33,466 nt of DNA. Origin: Bacillota bacterium. GTDB taxonomy: Bacteria > Bacillota > Clostridia > Saccharofermentanales > UBA5734. The notes under the pieces were generated by a model. The model worked only from the letters and a program-made list of their open reading frames with translations, was not told where the DNA came from and searched no databases. Location: NCBI GenBank assembly GCA_033549405.1, contig JAWSUP010000002.1:1-33466 (forward strand), in the 5' to 3' direction. Position 1 is the first letter of the stretch. Every line of letters begins with the position of its first letter. This document shows, one piece after another, positions 19,291-27,950 of the stretch. The position numbers were made by a program, and so were the translations under genes.

Positions 19291-19386
19291 GCAGCTATTA
19301 TACCATATGCGGTCGATGGATGCCAGCACACTGCGACTGCCTTTATATTGCTGTTATGACTTTTATGAGCGCATTTTTTGAAGTCA

Positions 19387-19692
19387 TCAGCGCAGCCAGA
19401 CATGCAGGCTGAACATGATAAACAAAAATATGGCAGTAAGGAAGATCAGTCCGATCACCAGGGCGGCGACAATTGATTGAATCATCAGGTTCCTGGTTTC
19501 CCGGGGTGTCAGCGGCGGATCATGTTCGACATATTTGGGCTTCTGCTTATCGCGGTTAGCTTTTCTGCGGCCAAATCCGAATGGCTGGCCATACCAGGGC
19601 ATGCCATCCACATTCATGTCAGCGATCGACCGGCCGTCATCGTCCGGCGGACGCTTCTTCTTATCCGTGACTGACTGTTTTTTCTTGATCAT
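19387..19692 (-). CDS. Small hypothetical protein with a basic N-terminal region and one C-terminal TM helix
   Basis: The first ATG is at 19692 (the tracked start at 19710 is a TTG). The C-terminal segment LMIQSIVAALVIGLIFLTAIFLFIMFSLHVWL is a convincing TM helix. No clear RBS is present and the gene overlaps the 3' end of oppF by about 30 nt. I recognise no family. Confidence 0.4.
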   Translation of the reverse strand: MIKKKQSVTDKKKRPPDDDGRSIADMNVDGMPWYGQPFGFGRRKANRDKQKPKYVEHDPPLTPRETRNLMIQSIVAALVIGLIFLTAIFLFIMFSLHVWLR

Positions 19693-20710
19693 ACAGATGG
19701 CATGCAACAAAATGTCCCGGCTCGAGTTCCTGCTGCAAGGGCTCTTCCACCTTGCAGCGCGCCATACAATAGGAGCAGCGCGTATGGAATTTGCAGCCAG
19801 GCGGCGGGTTAGCCGGAGAAGGTATGCTGCCCTCCAGCACGATACGATTCATCTTGGCTCCCGGCTGCGGAACAGGGATCGCACTAAACAGAGCCTTGGT
19901 GTAAGGGTGCAGCGGATTGGCAAAGATATCTTTCTTCGAACCATACTCAACCAGGTCGCCTAAGTACATGACACCGATCGCATCCGAGATGTGTTCGACC
20001 ACGGACAGGTCATGCGAGATAAACAAATAAGTCAGATTGAATTTTTCCTGCAAATCCATCAGCAGATTAATGATCTGAGCTTGTATGGACACGTCCAGGG
20101 CCGATACCGGCTCATCACAGACGACGAACTCGGGGTTGAGCGCCAGAGCCCGGGCAATGCAGATTCTCTGGCGTTGTCCGCCGGAAAATTCATGCGGGTA
20201 ACGGTCTTTATGATACGGCTGCAGACCGCAGCTGTTCATGATATTGTCAATGTGGTCGACAAAGGCATCCTTGGCCACCAGCTCATGTTCACGGACTGCT
20301 TCGCTGATTATTTCACCGATCGGCAGGCGCGGTGACAGGCTCGAATACGGATCCTGGAAAATGATCTGCATTCTGGGACGTAAGGTGCGCAGTTCCTGCA
20401 TATTCAGGTCATGCACATCGATGCCGTCGAACAGCACCTGACCGCCTGATTTTTCGTGCAGTCTGAGAATCGTCCGTCCGACGGTTGTCTTGCCGCAGCC
20501 GGACTCGCCGACAAGCCCCATGGTCGTTCCACGTCTGATATTGAATGAAATGCCGTCGACAGCTTTCACATAACCGATAACCCGCTGCAGCAAACCACTT
20601 TTAATGGGGAAATACTTTTTAAGCCGAGTCACTTCCAATATATTTTGATCATCATGGATGATCGGTGTATAGGTATCGTCGATTTTGACATCGCGCCTCT
20701 GGTCAGCCAT
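19661..20710 (-). CDS. oppF: Oligopeptide/dipeptide ABC transporter ATP-binding protein (OppF/DppF-like)
   Basis: Walker [10 protein letters not shown], signature FSGGQRQR and Walker [12 protein letters not shown], plus the C-terminal oligopeptide/dipeptide ABC domain with a Cys cluster ([17 protein letters not shown]). I place the start at the ATG at 20710, which overlaps the oppD stop. The tracked ORF's upstream 64 codons overlap oppD. Confidence 0.9.
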   Translation of the reverse strand: MADQRRDVKIDDTYTPIIHDDQNILEVTRLKKYFPIKSGLLQRVIGYVKAVDGISFNIRRGTTMGLVGESGCGKTTVGRTILRLHEKSGGQVLFDGIDVHDLNMQELRTLRPRMQIIFQDPYSSLSPRLPIGEIISEAVREHELVAKDAFVDHIDNIMNSCGLQPYHKDRYPHEFSGGQRQRICIARALALNPEFVVCDEPVSALDVSIQAQIINLLMDLQEKFNLTYLFISHDLSVVEHISDAIGVMYLGDLVEYGSKKDIFANPLHPYTKALFSAIPVPQPGAKMNRIVLEGSIPSPANPPPGCKFHTRCSYCMARCKVEEPLQQELEPGHFVACHLYDQEKTVSHG

Positions 20711-21887
20711 TCTGGCGATCCTCCTGTTTGTCGGCATATAAATAGCAATGGGTTGTATGCGTCGGAGATAATTGATATTCAGCAGGATAGATACCGTCAC
20801 AGCGTTTAAAGCGCTTCTCGCAACGATCTCTGAAGTAGCAGTAATCCGGCATGTTGATCGGATTCGGGACTTTGCCGGGAATACTGTACAGGCGGTCCAC
20901 ACGCTTGTTAACCGACGGTTTTGACGCCATCAGACCGACCGTATACGGGTGGCATGGTGTTTCAAAAATCTCCCTGACCGTTCCTCTCTCGACGATGCGG
21001 CCGGCATACATGACGACGACAGTGTCGGCCATTTCAGCAATGACGCCTAAATCATGCGTAATCAACATGATGCTGCTGTTTATCTTGTCTTTCAGATTGC
21101 GCAGCAAGTCCAATATCTGGGCCTGGATCGTCACATCCAGGGCTGTTGTCGGCTCATCAGCGATGATCAGCCGGGGATTGCAGGCAAGGGCCATGGCGAT
21201 CATGACGCGCTGGCGCATACCGCCTGACAGCTCATGCGGATACATCCTGTAGACGCCCTGGGTGTTGGCGATACTGACCGTTTCCAGCATTTCTATTGTT
21301 CTGGCCTTCACTGCTTCCTTGTCCATTTCAGGATTGTGCAGTTTGATGATTTCATCGATTTGCGTTCCGATGCGGAAGACCGGATTGAGGCTGGTCATCG
21401 GTTCCTGAAAAATCATTGAGATATTATTGCCGCGGATTTGCTGCATCTTCTCTGATGGCATTTTGGCAATGTCATAGACTTTTTTACCGGTGTCAAACCG
21501 GATCGCCCCGCTGACGATCTGGCCTTGCGGTCGCTGTACAATCTGCATGAGCGACAGGCTGGTCACGGATTTACCGCAGCCACTCTCACCAACGACACCG
21601 ACTGTTTTGCCCAGTGGCACATCGAAGGTCACGCCATCAACCGCTTTCACGGTGCCGGCATCAGTAAAGAAGTATGTATGCAAATCATCAAACTCTACAA
21701 CATTGCCAGGACGCTTCATTTCGGCCAGATATTCGGATTCGGGAACATTCTTCCGGTTGTTGCGTTTCTCCAGTTCCCGGACGATGCGCCGGTTATGGCG
21801 TGCTATATTCAGCGACTGCTTGGCCGACAAGTAATTGGCCTGCTTGATTTTTCTTTTTGTCATCTTATCTTTTATCACAATGCTCAC
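20703..21887 (-). CDS. oppD: Oligopeptide/dipeptide ABC transporter ATP-binding protein (OppD/DppD-like) with a basic N-terminal extension
   Basis: Walker A GESGCGKSV, signature LSGGMRQR and Walker B IIADEPTTALD. GTG start 1 nt after the oppC stop. About 55 Lys/Arg-rich residues precede the canonical NBD start, and an alternative start at Met57 cannot be excluded. Confidence 0.88.
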   Translation of the reverse strand: MSIVIKDKMTKRKIKQANYLSAKQSLNIARHNRRIVRELEKRNNRKNVPESEYLAEMKRPGNVVEFDDLHTYFFTDAGTVKAVDGVTFDVPLGKTVGVVGESGCGKSVTSLSLMQIVQRPQGQIVSGAIRFDTGKKVYDIAKMPSEKMQQIRGNNISMIFQEPMTSLNPVFRIGTQIDEIIKLHNPEMDKEAVKARTIEMLETVSIANTQGVYRMYPHELSGGMRQRVMIAMALACNPRLIIADEPTTALDVTIQAQILDLLRNLKDKINSSIMLITHDLGVIAEMADTVVVMYAGRIVERGTVREIFETPCHPYTVGLMASKPSVNKRVDRLYSIPGKVPNPINMPDYCYFRDRCEKRFKRCDGIYPAEYQLSPTHTTHCYLYADKQEDRQNG

Positions 21888-21888
21888 C

Positions 21889-23676
21889 TTATCGCTTCAT
21901 CTTTGGATCGAATGCGTCGCGCAGGCCGTCACCAATGAAGTTGAAGCCAAGCACGGTTATCAGAATACAGAATCCGGCAGGTATCCAGACAAACCAGTAA
22001 TTGGTCATGACATGGACATTGCTGACTGCGTTGATGATGTTGCCCCAGGATGCAAAAGGATACTTGACACCGAGGCCCAGGAAGCTGAGCACCGATTCTG
22101 TCAAAATAATACCGCCCAGGCTCATCGTTGAAATAACGATCAGCTGCGGTATGACATTGGGCACAAGGTGCTTGAAAATACGTCGATAAACGGAAAGTCC
22201 GGTCGCTTCCGCAGCCACCATGAACTCCTGTTCACGCAGGGACAGGATCTGGCCGCGGACAAGCCGTGCGATGCCCGGCCAGCCGAGGATGCCGAGGATC
22301 AGCATCAGGTAAACCATGCGGATCTGCGGGTCCACCCGCAGTCCGTCCATAACGGCGCCAATGATGATAATGATCGGTATCGAAGGGATGCTGTTGAATA
22401 TATCGACTATACGCATGATCAGATTGTCAATCCATTTGCCAAAATAGCCGGCAATTCCGCCTAATACAACACCGATGATCATCTCAATAATGACGACGAT
22501 GAAGCCGATCATCAGGGAGATCCGACCGCCGTACATCATGCGGGTCAGGATGTCCATGCCGTTGGTGTCGGTGCCAAGCCAGTGCTGGCTTGATGGATAA
22601 TCGTAAGCCCTGATCACCAGGGTATCTTCGACCGAACGGATGATCCACTGCTGGTTGTCGCGTTCAATCGTAAATTCCTTTGCGGCCGACGCCTGACCAT
22701 CTGACTGCTGTTCTGTATAAACAAATGATGTCTGGTTTTTGGCAATGGCTTCTTTGACTATGTTTTTAAACTCAAGCGTGATACGGATATCGCTGAAAAG
22801 CGGCTGAACGGTATAGCGCGAAAGAACGGCATATAGCTCCGATGACTGACCTGCAACCAGGAATATTTCTGCGGCATCTTCTGCGACGACGACGCGGAAG
22901 TCCTGATCATCAGCTGTAAAAGTGCTATCCGAACCTTTCGATACGGCGAGTTCAGCCTGGTACCAGAAATCGAAGCTGACCTGACTATTAGCGTCGATCA
23001 GGTCCATAACATTGTAAGTGACCAGGGCCAGCGGCATGCTTTCGTAGGCATAATAGATTTTCTTGTTCAGCACTGCCGTGTATATTGTATCTCCGACCAC
23101 AAATGTGTCAGCCTTATCATCGATCGCCTGCAGAAACGCTTCTTCAAAAGCAGGGGATGCCGTAAAGCCGTCGACAGGATTGACATCATAGACATTCCGC
23201 AAGCCGATTGCCTGGGCAACTTCTATAAGGCCTGACACAATATGGAAATCATCTGTCTCAGAAATGATTGTGTAATAGTTGCCTTGTGCTTCAAACGTAT
23301 CCTGCTGGTTGTTCAGCGCAAGCACAAACTGAGCCCGTGCAGTAGACGGAAAAGACTGCCCTTCAGCTTCGACGTAGCGATATTCAGTATTAACCGTCAC
23401 ACCGGCATACAGTTTGGACATATCTACATATTTTTTAAATACTTCAAACTCACCATAAGGCATGAGCCAACCGCCGACAAACGAAAAAAGGAACATGACC
23501 GTGATGAACAGAACACCGACGATAGCCAGGCGATTGCGGATAAAGCGTCTGAATACAAGCATGGAAGGTGACAGCACCTTGATGCGCTGTTCATCATCAA
23601 GTGCCATACCTACACTGATATGCTGTTCTTCTTCCGGGATATTCTGGTGATCAGATTTGTTGAATAAACCACTCAT
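21889..23676 (-). CDS. oppC: Opp/Dpp-type ABC transporter permease (OppC-like) with a large extracytoplasmic insertion
   Basis: I place the start at the ATG at 23676, which is preceded by AAGGAGGG. After TM1 (LAIVGVLFITVMFLFSFVGGWLM) comes about 290 aa of soluble sequence. The conserved HWLGTDTNGMDILTRMMYGGRISL motif follows, then the BPD-transporter core (EQEFMVAAEATGLS, the EAA loop). Confidence 0.88.
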   Translation of the reverse strand: MSGLFNKSDHQNIPEEEQHISVGMALDDEQRIKVLSPSMLVFRRFIRNRLAIVGVLFITVMFLFSFVGGWLMPYGEFEVFKKYVDMSKLYAGVTVNTEYRYVEAEGQSFPSTARAQFVLALNNQQDTFEAQGNYYTIISETDDFHIVSGLIEVAQAIGLRNVYDVNPVDGFTASPAFEEAFLQAIDDKADTFVVGDTIYTAVLNKKIYYAYESMPLALVTYNVMDLIDANSQVSFDFWYQAELAVSKGSDSTFTADDQDFRVVVAEDAAEIFLVAGQSSELYAVLSRYTVQPLFSDIRITLEFKNIVKEAIAKNQTSFVYTEQQSDGQASAAKEFTIERDNQQWIIRSVEDTLVIRAYDYPSSQHWLGTDTNGMDILTRMMYGGRISLMIGFIVVIIEMIIGVVLGGIAGYFGKWIDNLIMRIVDIFNSIPSIPIIIIIGAVMDGLRVDPQIRMVYLMLILGILGWPGIARLVRGQILSLREQEFMVAAEATGLSVYRRIFKHLVPNVIPQLIVISTMSLGGIILTESVLSFLGLGVKYPFASWGNIINAVSNVHVMTNYWFVWIPAGFCILITVLGFNFIGDGLRDAFDPKMKR

Positions 23677-23689
23677 GCGAAAACCCTCC

Positions 23690-24691
23690 TTAACTGACTC
23701 TGACGCGCGGATCGACAACTGCATAAAGAATATCTGCAATCAGCGTTCCAAGAAGCGTCAATGCGGCCAGAAAGACAAGGTAGAACATGGAGAAGGGAAT
23801 GTCACCGCCCACCATAGCCTGGTAAGACGTGTACCCGATACCCGGAATCTGGAATAAGGTCTCCGTGATCAGGGCGCCGGAGAAGAGGCCCGGCAGAGTG
23901 CCGCCAACAATCGTGACGATTGGAATGAGTGTGTTTCTGAATGCATGGTAATTGATGACCCGGTTTTCCGACAATCCCTTGGCACGCGCCGTACGGATAT
24001 AGTCGGAATTGAGTACTTCAAGCATGTTAGTCCGTGTATAGCGCATCAGGCCGCCAATACTGATGATGACAAGCGTTGTGATCGGAAGGATGGTGTGTTT
24101 GGCCATATCAAGAATTTGTCCAAAAGAACTAAGCTGTTCATGGAATCTTCCAACAATGCCGTATAATGGCAGCCAGCCAAGTTTAATCGAAAAAACCAGT
24201 TTGAGAATCGTTGCAAAAAAGAATGTCGGCAACGAAATGCCCAGCAAGGCGACAACGGTTATGGTGTAATCTGCCCTGCTGTATTGTTTGCGTGCCGACA
24301 AAATCCCCAGCGGTATGGCAATAACCAGTTCAAGTACAAATGCGACAGCGCCAAGCGCAAATGAATACCAGATCACTTCCGCAAACTTTTGTGTCACGGG
24401 AACGGTAAAATGCCAGCTGTCGCCAAAATCACCGCGAACAGCATTACCCATCCACCTGAAAAAGCCCTGCAGAATACCGCGGTCAAGGCCGTAGATCTGG
24501 TTGAGCTGCTCGAGCCATTCTGTATAGCTTTTCGAACCAGCCTGTGTCGAACGCTCCCTGGCGATGGCTTCTACATATGATGTCGGAATGCTGCGCATAA
24601 TCGTATAAATGATCAAAGCAACAAAAAATAAAATGACAATGCTGATCAGCAGTCTTTTGAGGATGTATTTTCTCATTGAAACATATTCCAA
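23690..24691 (-). CDS. oppB: Opp/Dpp-type ABC transporter permease (OppB-like)
   Basis: 333 aa with the typical N-terminus RKYILKRLLISIV and the EAA-loop region (DYIRTARAKGLSENRVINYHAFRNTLIP). Six predicted TM segments. Confidence 0.9.
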   Translation of the reverse strand: MEYVSMRKYILKRLLISIVILFFVALIIYTIMRSIPTSYVEAIARERSTQAGSKSYTEWLEQLNQIYGLDRGILQGFFRWMGNAVRGDFGDSWHFTVPVTQKFAEVIWYSFALGAVAFVLELVIAIPLGILSARKQYSRADYTITVVALLGISLPTFFFATILKLVFSIKLGWLPLYGIVGRFHEQLSSFGQILDMAKHTILPITTLVIISIGGLMRYTRTNMLEVLNSDYIRTARAKGLSENRVINYHAFRNTLIPIVTIVGGTLPGLFSGALITETLFQIPGIGYTSYQAMVGGDIPFSMFYLVFLAALTLLGTLIADILYAVVDPRVRVS

Positions 24692-24722
24692 TCCTTATCA
24701 TTCCTGAATAAGAGCGAAACAT

Positions 24723-24755
24723 AGCTTGAGCCCATCGTTCAGATGGGCTCAAGCT
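24723..24755 (-). terminator. 14-bp perfect hairpin in the oppA-oppB spacer (partial terminator or RNA-stability element)
   Basis: AGCTTGAGCCCATC-(5 nt)-GATGGGCTCAAGCT, followed on the minus strand by AUGUUUCGCUCUU, which is only weakly U-rich. Confidence 0.45.
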
Positions 24756-24808
24756 TGTCGCAACCTCAGGATGTCAGTTCGTGCATTGTCAAGTGTTGCT
24801 GGCTCTTG

Positions 24809-24848
24809 ATCCCGAAGGATTGACGAGCCGGGTCAATCCTTCCGGGAT
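24809..24848 (-). other. Second long hairpin (16-17 bp with one bulge) just downstream of the oppA stop
   Basis: ATCCCGAAGGATTGAC-(7 nt)-GTCAATCCTTCCGGGAT. There is no U tract, so it is more likely a processing or stability stem-loop than a terminator. Confidence 0.4.
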
Positions 24849-24881
24849 AGCCATAGCGCGCCAGCTGTCATTGACTTGCTT

Positions 24882-27389
24882 TTAGTTTTCGTTCATCTGC
24901 AGCAGTTCTATGTCATGTGCCCAGCCCCAGAAGGTTGTGATGTCCGGCGTCACGGTATCCATATTGATCCGATCGGCGCTGAAGATAATGGCGTTCTGCC
25001 GCTGGTAGATCGGAATTTCAACAGCCCAGTCGATGATGATGTCGAGACAGGCTTTGTAGGTTTGCTTGCGGTAAGCCTGATCGTCGCTCTTGCGGGCTGC
25101 CATGATCAGCTCATCCAGCTGAGCATCCTGGATGTGGTAGTGGTTGGATTCCGAAGAACCCGGCAGACCGACCACATTGTTGGAGTGATAAACCTGATAC
25201 ATGTCCGGATCAATTGTGGAACCCCAGGCCGCACACCACAGCTCTTGTGTTTCAGCATCCAGCGCATTCCACAGTTCATTGGAGTCGGCCGGATCGTTGA
25301 TCAGATTGATGCCGATCTTGTCAAAGGCTTCTTTTGCCTCAGTCAGGAGCATAAAGGACGGATGGTCGCCCTGGCCGTCAGCAGGGATGATGACTTCATA
25401 TTCAAGGCTGGCGCCTTCCGGTGCAGCTGTCAATTTACCGCTGGCTTCGTCATAGGTATAGCCGGCAGCCACAAAATAGTCGACAGCAGCTTTTTGGGCG
25501 GCATCATATTTCTGTTCTGCATTCATACTTGACGTGAAAATGTCTTTGCCGTCAACCGCGGTTGAAAAGGCAACTTTGTAGCCGTCGTCAGACGGTTGCG
25601 GGGCGGCCCAGGAGGTGTTGGATATCGGATAGTTGATGACAGACGCGCGCTCGCCATAGTAGCTGTCCACTGTCAGGTCGCGGTAAGCGGCCAGAATGGT
25701 GGCAAGGCCTTTGCGCAGGTTCTTGCTGGCGTCAGATGCGGAATCACCGGCCACGTTGACAGTCATCGCGTTGATACCGATATAGCCATAACCGAGGTTG
25801 TCCACGGTGTTGGTGACAATCTTGTCGCCGCTTGTTTCACCGTTGCTGTTGTAGCTCTTGATCTCATCAATGGCAGCTGTGCTGAATGACGGATCTGTGA
25901 TATCGATCGTGCCGGTACCGACACCAGAAATCTTGTCGGCATCATTGGTCTCCTTGAATTGGAGATTTGTGATGATCGGCTCGCCTTTGTAATAGAATTC
26001 ATTGGCTTCAAAATAAACAACTTTGTTCTCATACTTGATGAACTTGTAAGCGCCGGCACCCATCGGCTGGGTGGTCTTGGCATGAACCATTGACAGGTCG
26101 CCGAAATCAAAGCCGAACTTACTGTTCGCGTAATCATATTTGGCTTTGTCGCCATAATAATGGAGCGGAGAAATATTTACGCCCAGGCTATAGATGGCGG
26201 TAGCGTCGAATCCTTCGACAGTGACTTCAACAACCGTATCGCTTACCTTCTTGACACCGGCGATGTTGGGAACGCCCTTGCCGCCCATTGATTCGTCTTT
26301 CGGTCCCCATTCGCCGATAAAGGCGGAACGGGCGACGTCGATAACCGCGACATCAGCAACGGACTCAACACCGAAATAGGCTTCCGGGTCGCCTTCATAG
26401 GCCAGGTAAGTCTCGTTGTAATAGTCTTCGATTGTTGGATACTCTTTGTCTGCCAGGTTCCAGGTTTTTTCAGAATAGGCGCCGGTCAGAACTTTGTCTT
26501 CGCTGACTTCGCCGAAACCCCACAGAGCCATGCCCAGCATGATCTTCAGTCCTTCTTCAGGGGTGATTTCATCAGGCTTGTAACCGGTGTATTGCTCGGC
26601 ATAGCCCATGTAGTTGGCGATGACATAATTGACGATACCTTGCACATCATCTGTCCAGGCTTTTTTGATCAGTGCCCAGAAAGATTCCTGCTGTTCCTTG
26701 GTCCAATTGTCGCCTTCGGCCCACTCATGATCTTCGCCGGCAGTATAGATCTCGGTAAACAGTGCGTCGTATTTGTCGTAAACTTCACTGGTCGTCTGGG
26801 TCCGATAGTCTTTGAGACCGACGATCGGTACGGAATACAGTGTTGTCGAACCCGTATAACTGGGATCGCAATAGGTGTAATACGTGAAGATAATGTCGTC
26901 GGCTGTCAGCAGCTCGCCGTCGCTGAAATGGACATCATCACGGATGGTCCAGGTATAGACGGTCTTATCAGTCGCTTCATTGTATTCGACACTGACATTG
27001 GCCAGACCCTTGTAGACATAGTCCGTGCCGCCATAGGGGATCGTCTCGCCCTCGATGGCGTTGTAGACAATCGCTCCGGTGCGGTCCGTGGTCAGCAGGC
27101 CGACCGCGGTCATATCAGATACATCGTTATCATAGGCCGTGTCCGCAAAAAACGGACTGAATTTCTCGCTGAATGCGGAATAACCAACAACCAGCGGGGT
27201 ATCCTGACGGAACCGTGTCGTAGTCGCTTCTGTTGTTGTCGTAGCCACAGTTGTTGCTTTTGTTGTCGTCGGTGCGGTCGTGCTCGTGGTTGTGGTTGTC
27301 TCTTTTTCGGTACAGGCGGCAAAGAGACCGACAGCCATCGCAAGCATGAGTATCAACGACAGAAGTTTGATCGTTCTAACCTTCCTCAT
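24882..27389 (-). CDS. oppA: Family-5 (peptide/nickel type) ABC substrate-binding lipoprotein, unusually large
   Basis: 835 aa. A lipoprotein signal peptide with a lipobox (LFAA|C) is followed by a poly-Thr linker and then an SBP_bac_5-like sequence. A GAGGAGGA RBS is present and the gene is first in the transporter operon. Confidence 0.85.
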   Translation of the reverse strand: MRKVRTIKLLSLILMLAMAVGLFAACTEKETTTTTSTTAPTTTKATTVATTTTEATTTRFRQDTPLVVGYSAFSEKFSPFFADTAYDNDVSDMTAVGLLTTDRTGAIVYNAIEGETIPYGGTDYVYKGLANVSVEYNEATDKTVYTWTIRDDVHFSDGELLTADDIIFTYYTYCDPSYTGSTTLYSVPIVGLKDYRTQTTSEVYDKYDALFTEIYTAGEDHEWAEGDNWTKEQQESFWALIKKAWTDDVQGIVNYVIANYMGYAEQYTGYKPDEITPEEGLKIMLGMALWGFGEVSEDKVLTGAYSEKTWNLADKEYPTIEDYYNETYLAYEGDPEAYFGVESVADVAVIDVARSAFIGEWGPKDESMGGKGVPNIAGVKKVSDTVVEVTVEGFDATAIYSLGVNISPLHYYGDKAKYDYANSKFGFDFGDLSMVHAKTTQPMGAGAYKFIKYENKVVYFEANEFYYKGEPIITNLQFKETNDADKISGVGTGTIDITDPSFSTAAIDEIKSYNSNGETSGDKIVTNTVDNLGYGYIGINAMTVNVAGDSASDASKNLRKGLATILAAYRDLTVDSYYGERASVINYPISNTSWAAPQPSDDGYKVAFSTAVDGKDIFTSSMNAEQKYDAAQKAAVDYFVAAGYTYDEASGKLTAAPEGASLEYEVIIPADGQGDHPSFMLLTEAKEAFDKIGINLINDPADSNELWNALDAETQELWCAAWGSTIDPDMYQVYHSNNVVGLPGSSESNHYHIQDAQLDELIMAARKSDDQAYRKQTYKACLDIIIDWAVEIPIYQRQNAIIFSADRINMDTVTPDITTFWGWAHDIELLQMNEN

Positions 27390-27496
27390 GACTGAAATCC
27401 TCCTCTTTTTGATCGGCTGCCTATTGTTCCAGTGTTACGGCTTCATCAGCTTCTCCACGGCTTCGCTGAATGGCAGCCCATTCCAAGTTAATACTG

Positions 27497-27525
27497 ATTA
27501 TTATATCAAAAGATGGCTTTGTCAA
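27497..27525 (-). promoter_or_regulatory. Candidate sigma-A promoter for the opp operon
   Basis: On the minus strand: TTGACA (27525-27520), a 17-nt spacer and AATAAT (27502-27497). This would leave a ~105-nt leader. Confidence 0.35.
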
Positions 27526-27638
27526 CTACAAAGCCTGAAAGATCTTCCAAATACAGTTGAAAATAAGGTTATTCTCGCTCAGGAGCGCCATAAAAAGACC
27601 GTCTGGTCGGCGCACCGTGAATAACCAGGCAATTCACG

Positions 27639-27950
27639 TCAATCCTCTGTAAAAACAATTTCATTAGGCCGGACCATCCCAAGCTGGTCCCGGGCAATGC
27701 GTTCAATATAGGCATCACTGTCAACAATCTGCTGCAATTCGCGTAAGTCAGCCAGATCCGCAGCGGCCTCCTGCAGCACGGCGGATAGTTCATTCTTCCT
27801 TTGCTCGATCCGGGCCATCTGCTTTTCCTGTTCAAAATAGATAGCCAAAGCAGAGGCAAGCACGATCACCAGCAGCATTCCGATGATGATGCGGATCAGG
27901 ATCCTGCTGCTGTTTATTGGCCGATAGTGTTGCCTTCGGATGGCTTCCAT
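27639..27950 (-). CDS. divIC: Septum formation initiator family protein (FtsB/DivIC)
   Basis: 103 aa with a single N-terminal TM segment (ILIRIIIGMLLVIVLASALAIY), a coiled-coil and the conserved C-terminal YIERIARDQLGMVRPNE motif. A GGAGG RBS is present, and it sits downstream of yabO as in Bacillus. Confidence 0.85.
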   Translation of the reverse strand: MEAIRRQHYRPINSSRILIRIIIGMLLVIVLASALAIYFEQEKQMARIEQRKNELSAVLQEAAADLADLRELQQIVDSDAYIERIARDQLGMVRPNEIVFTED

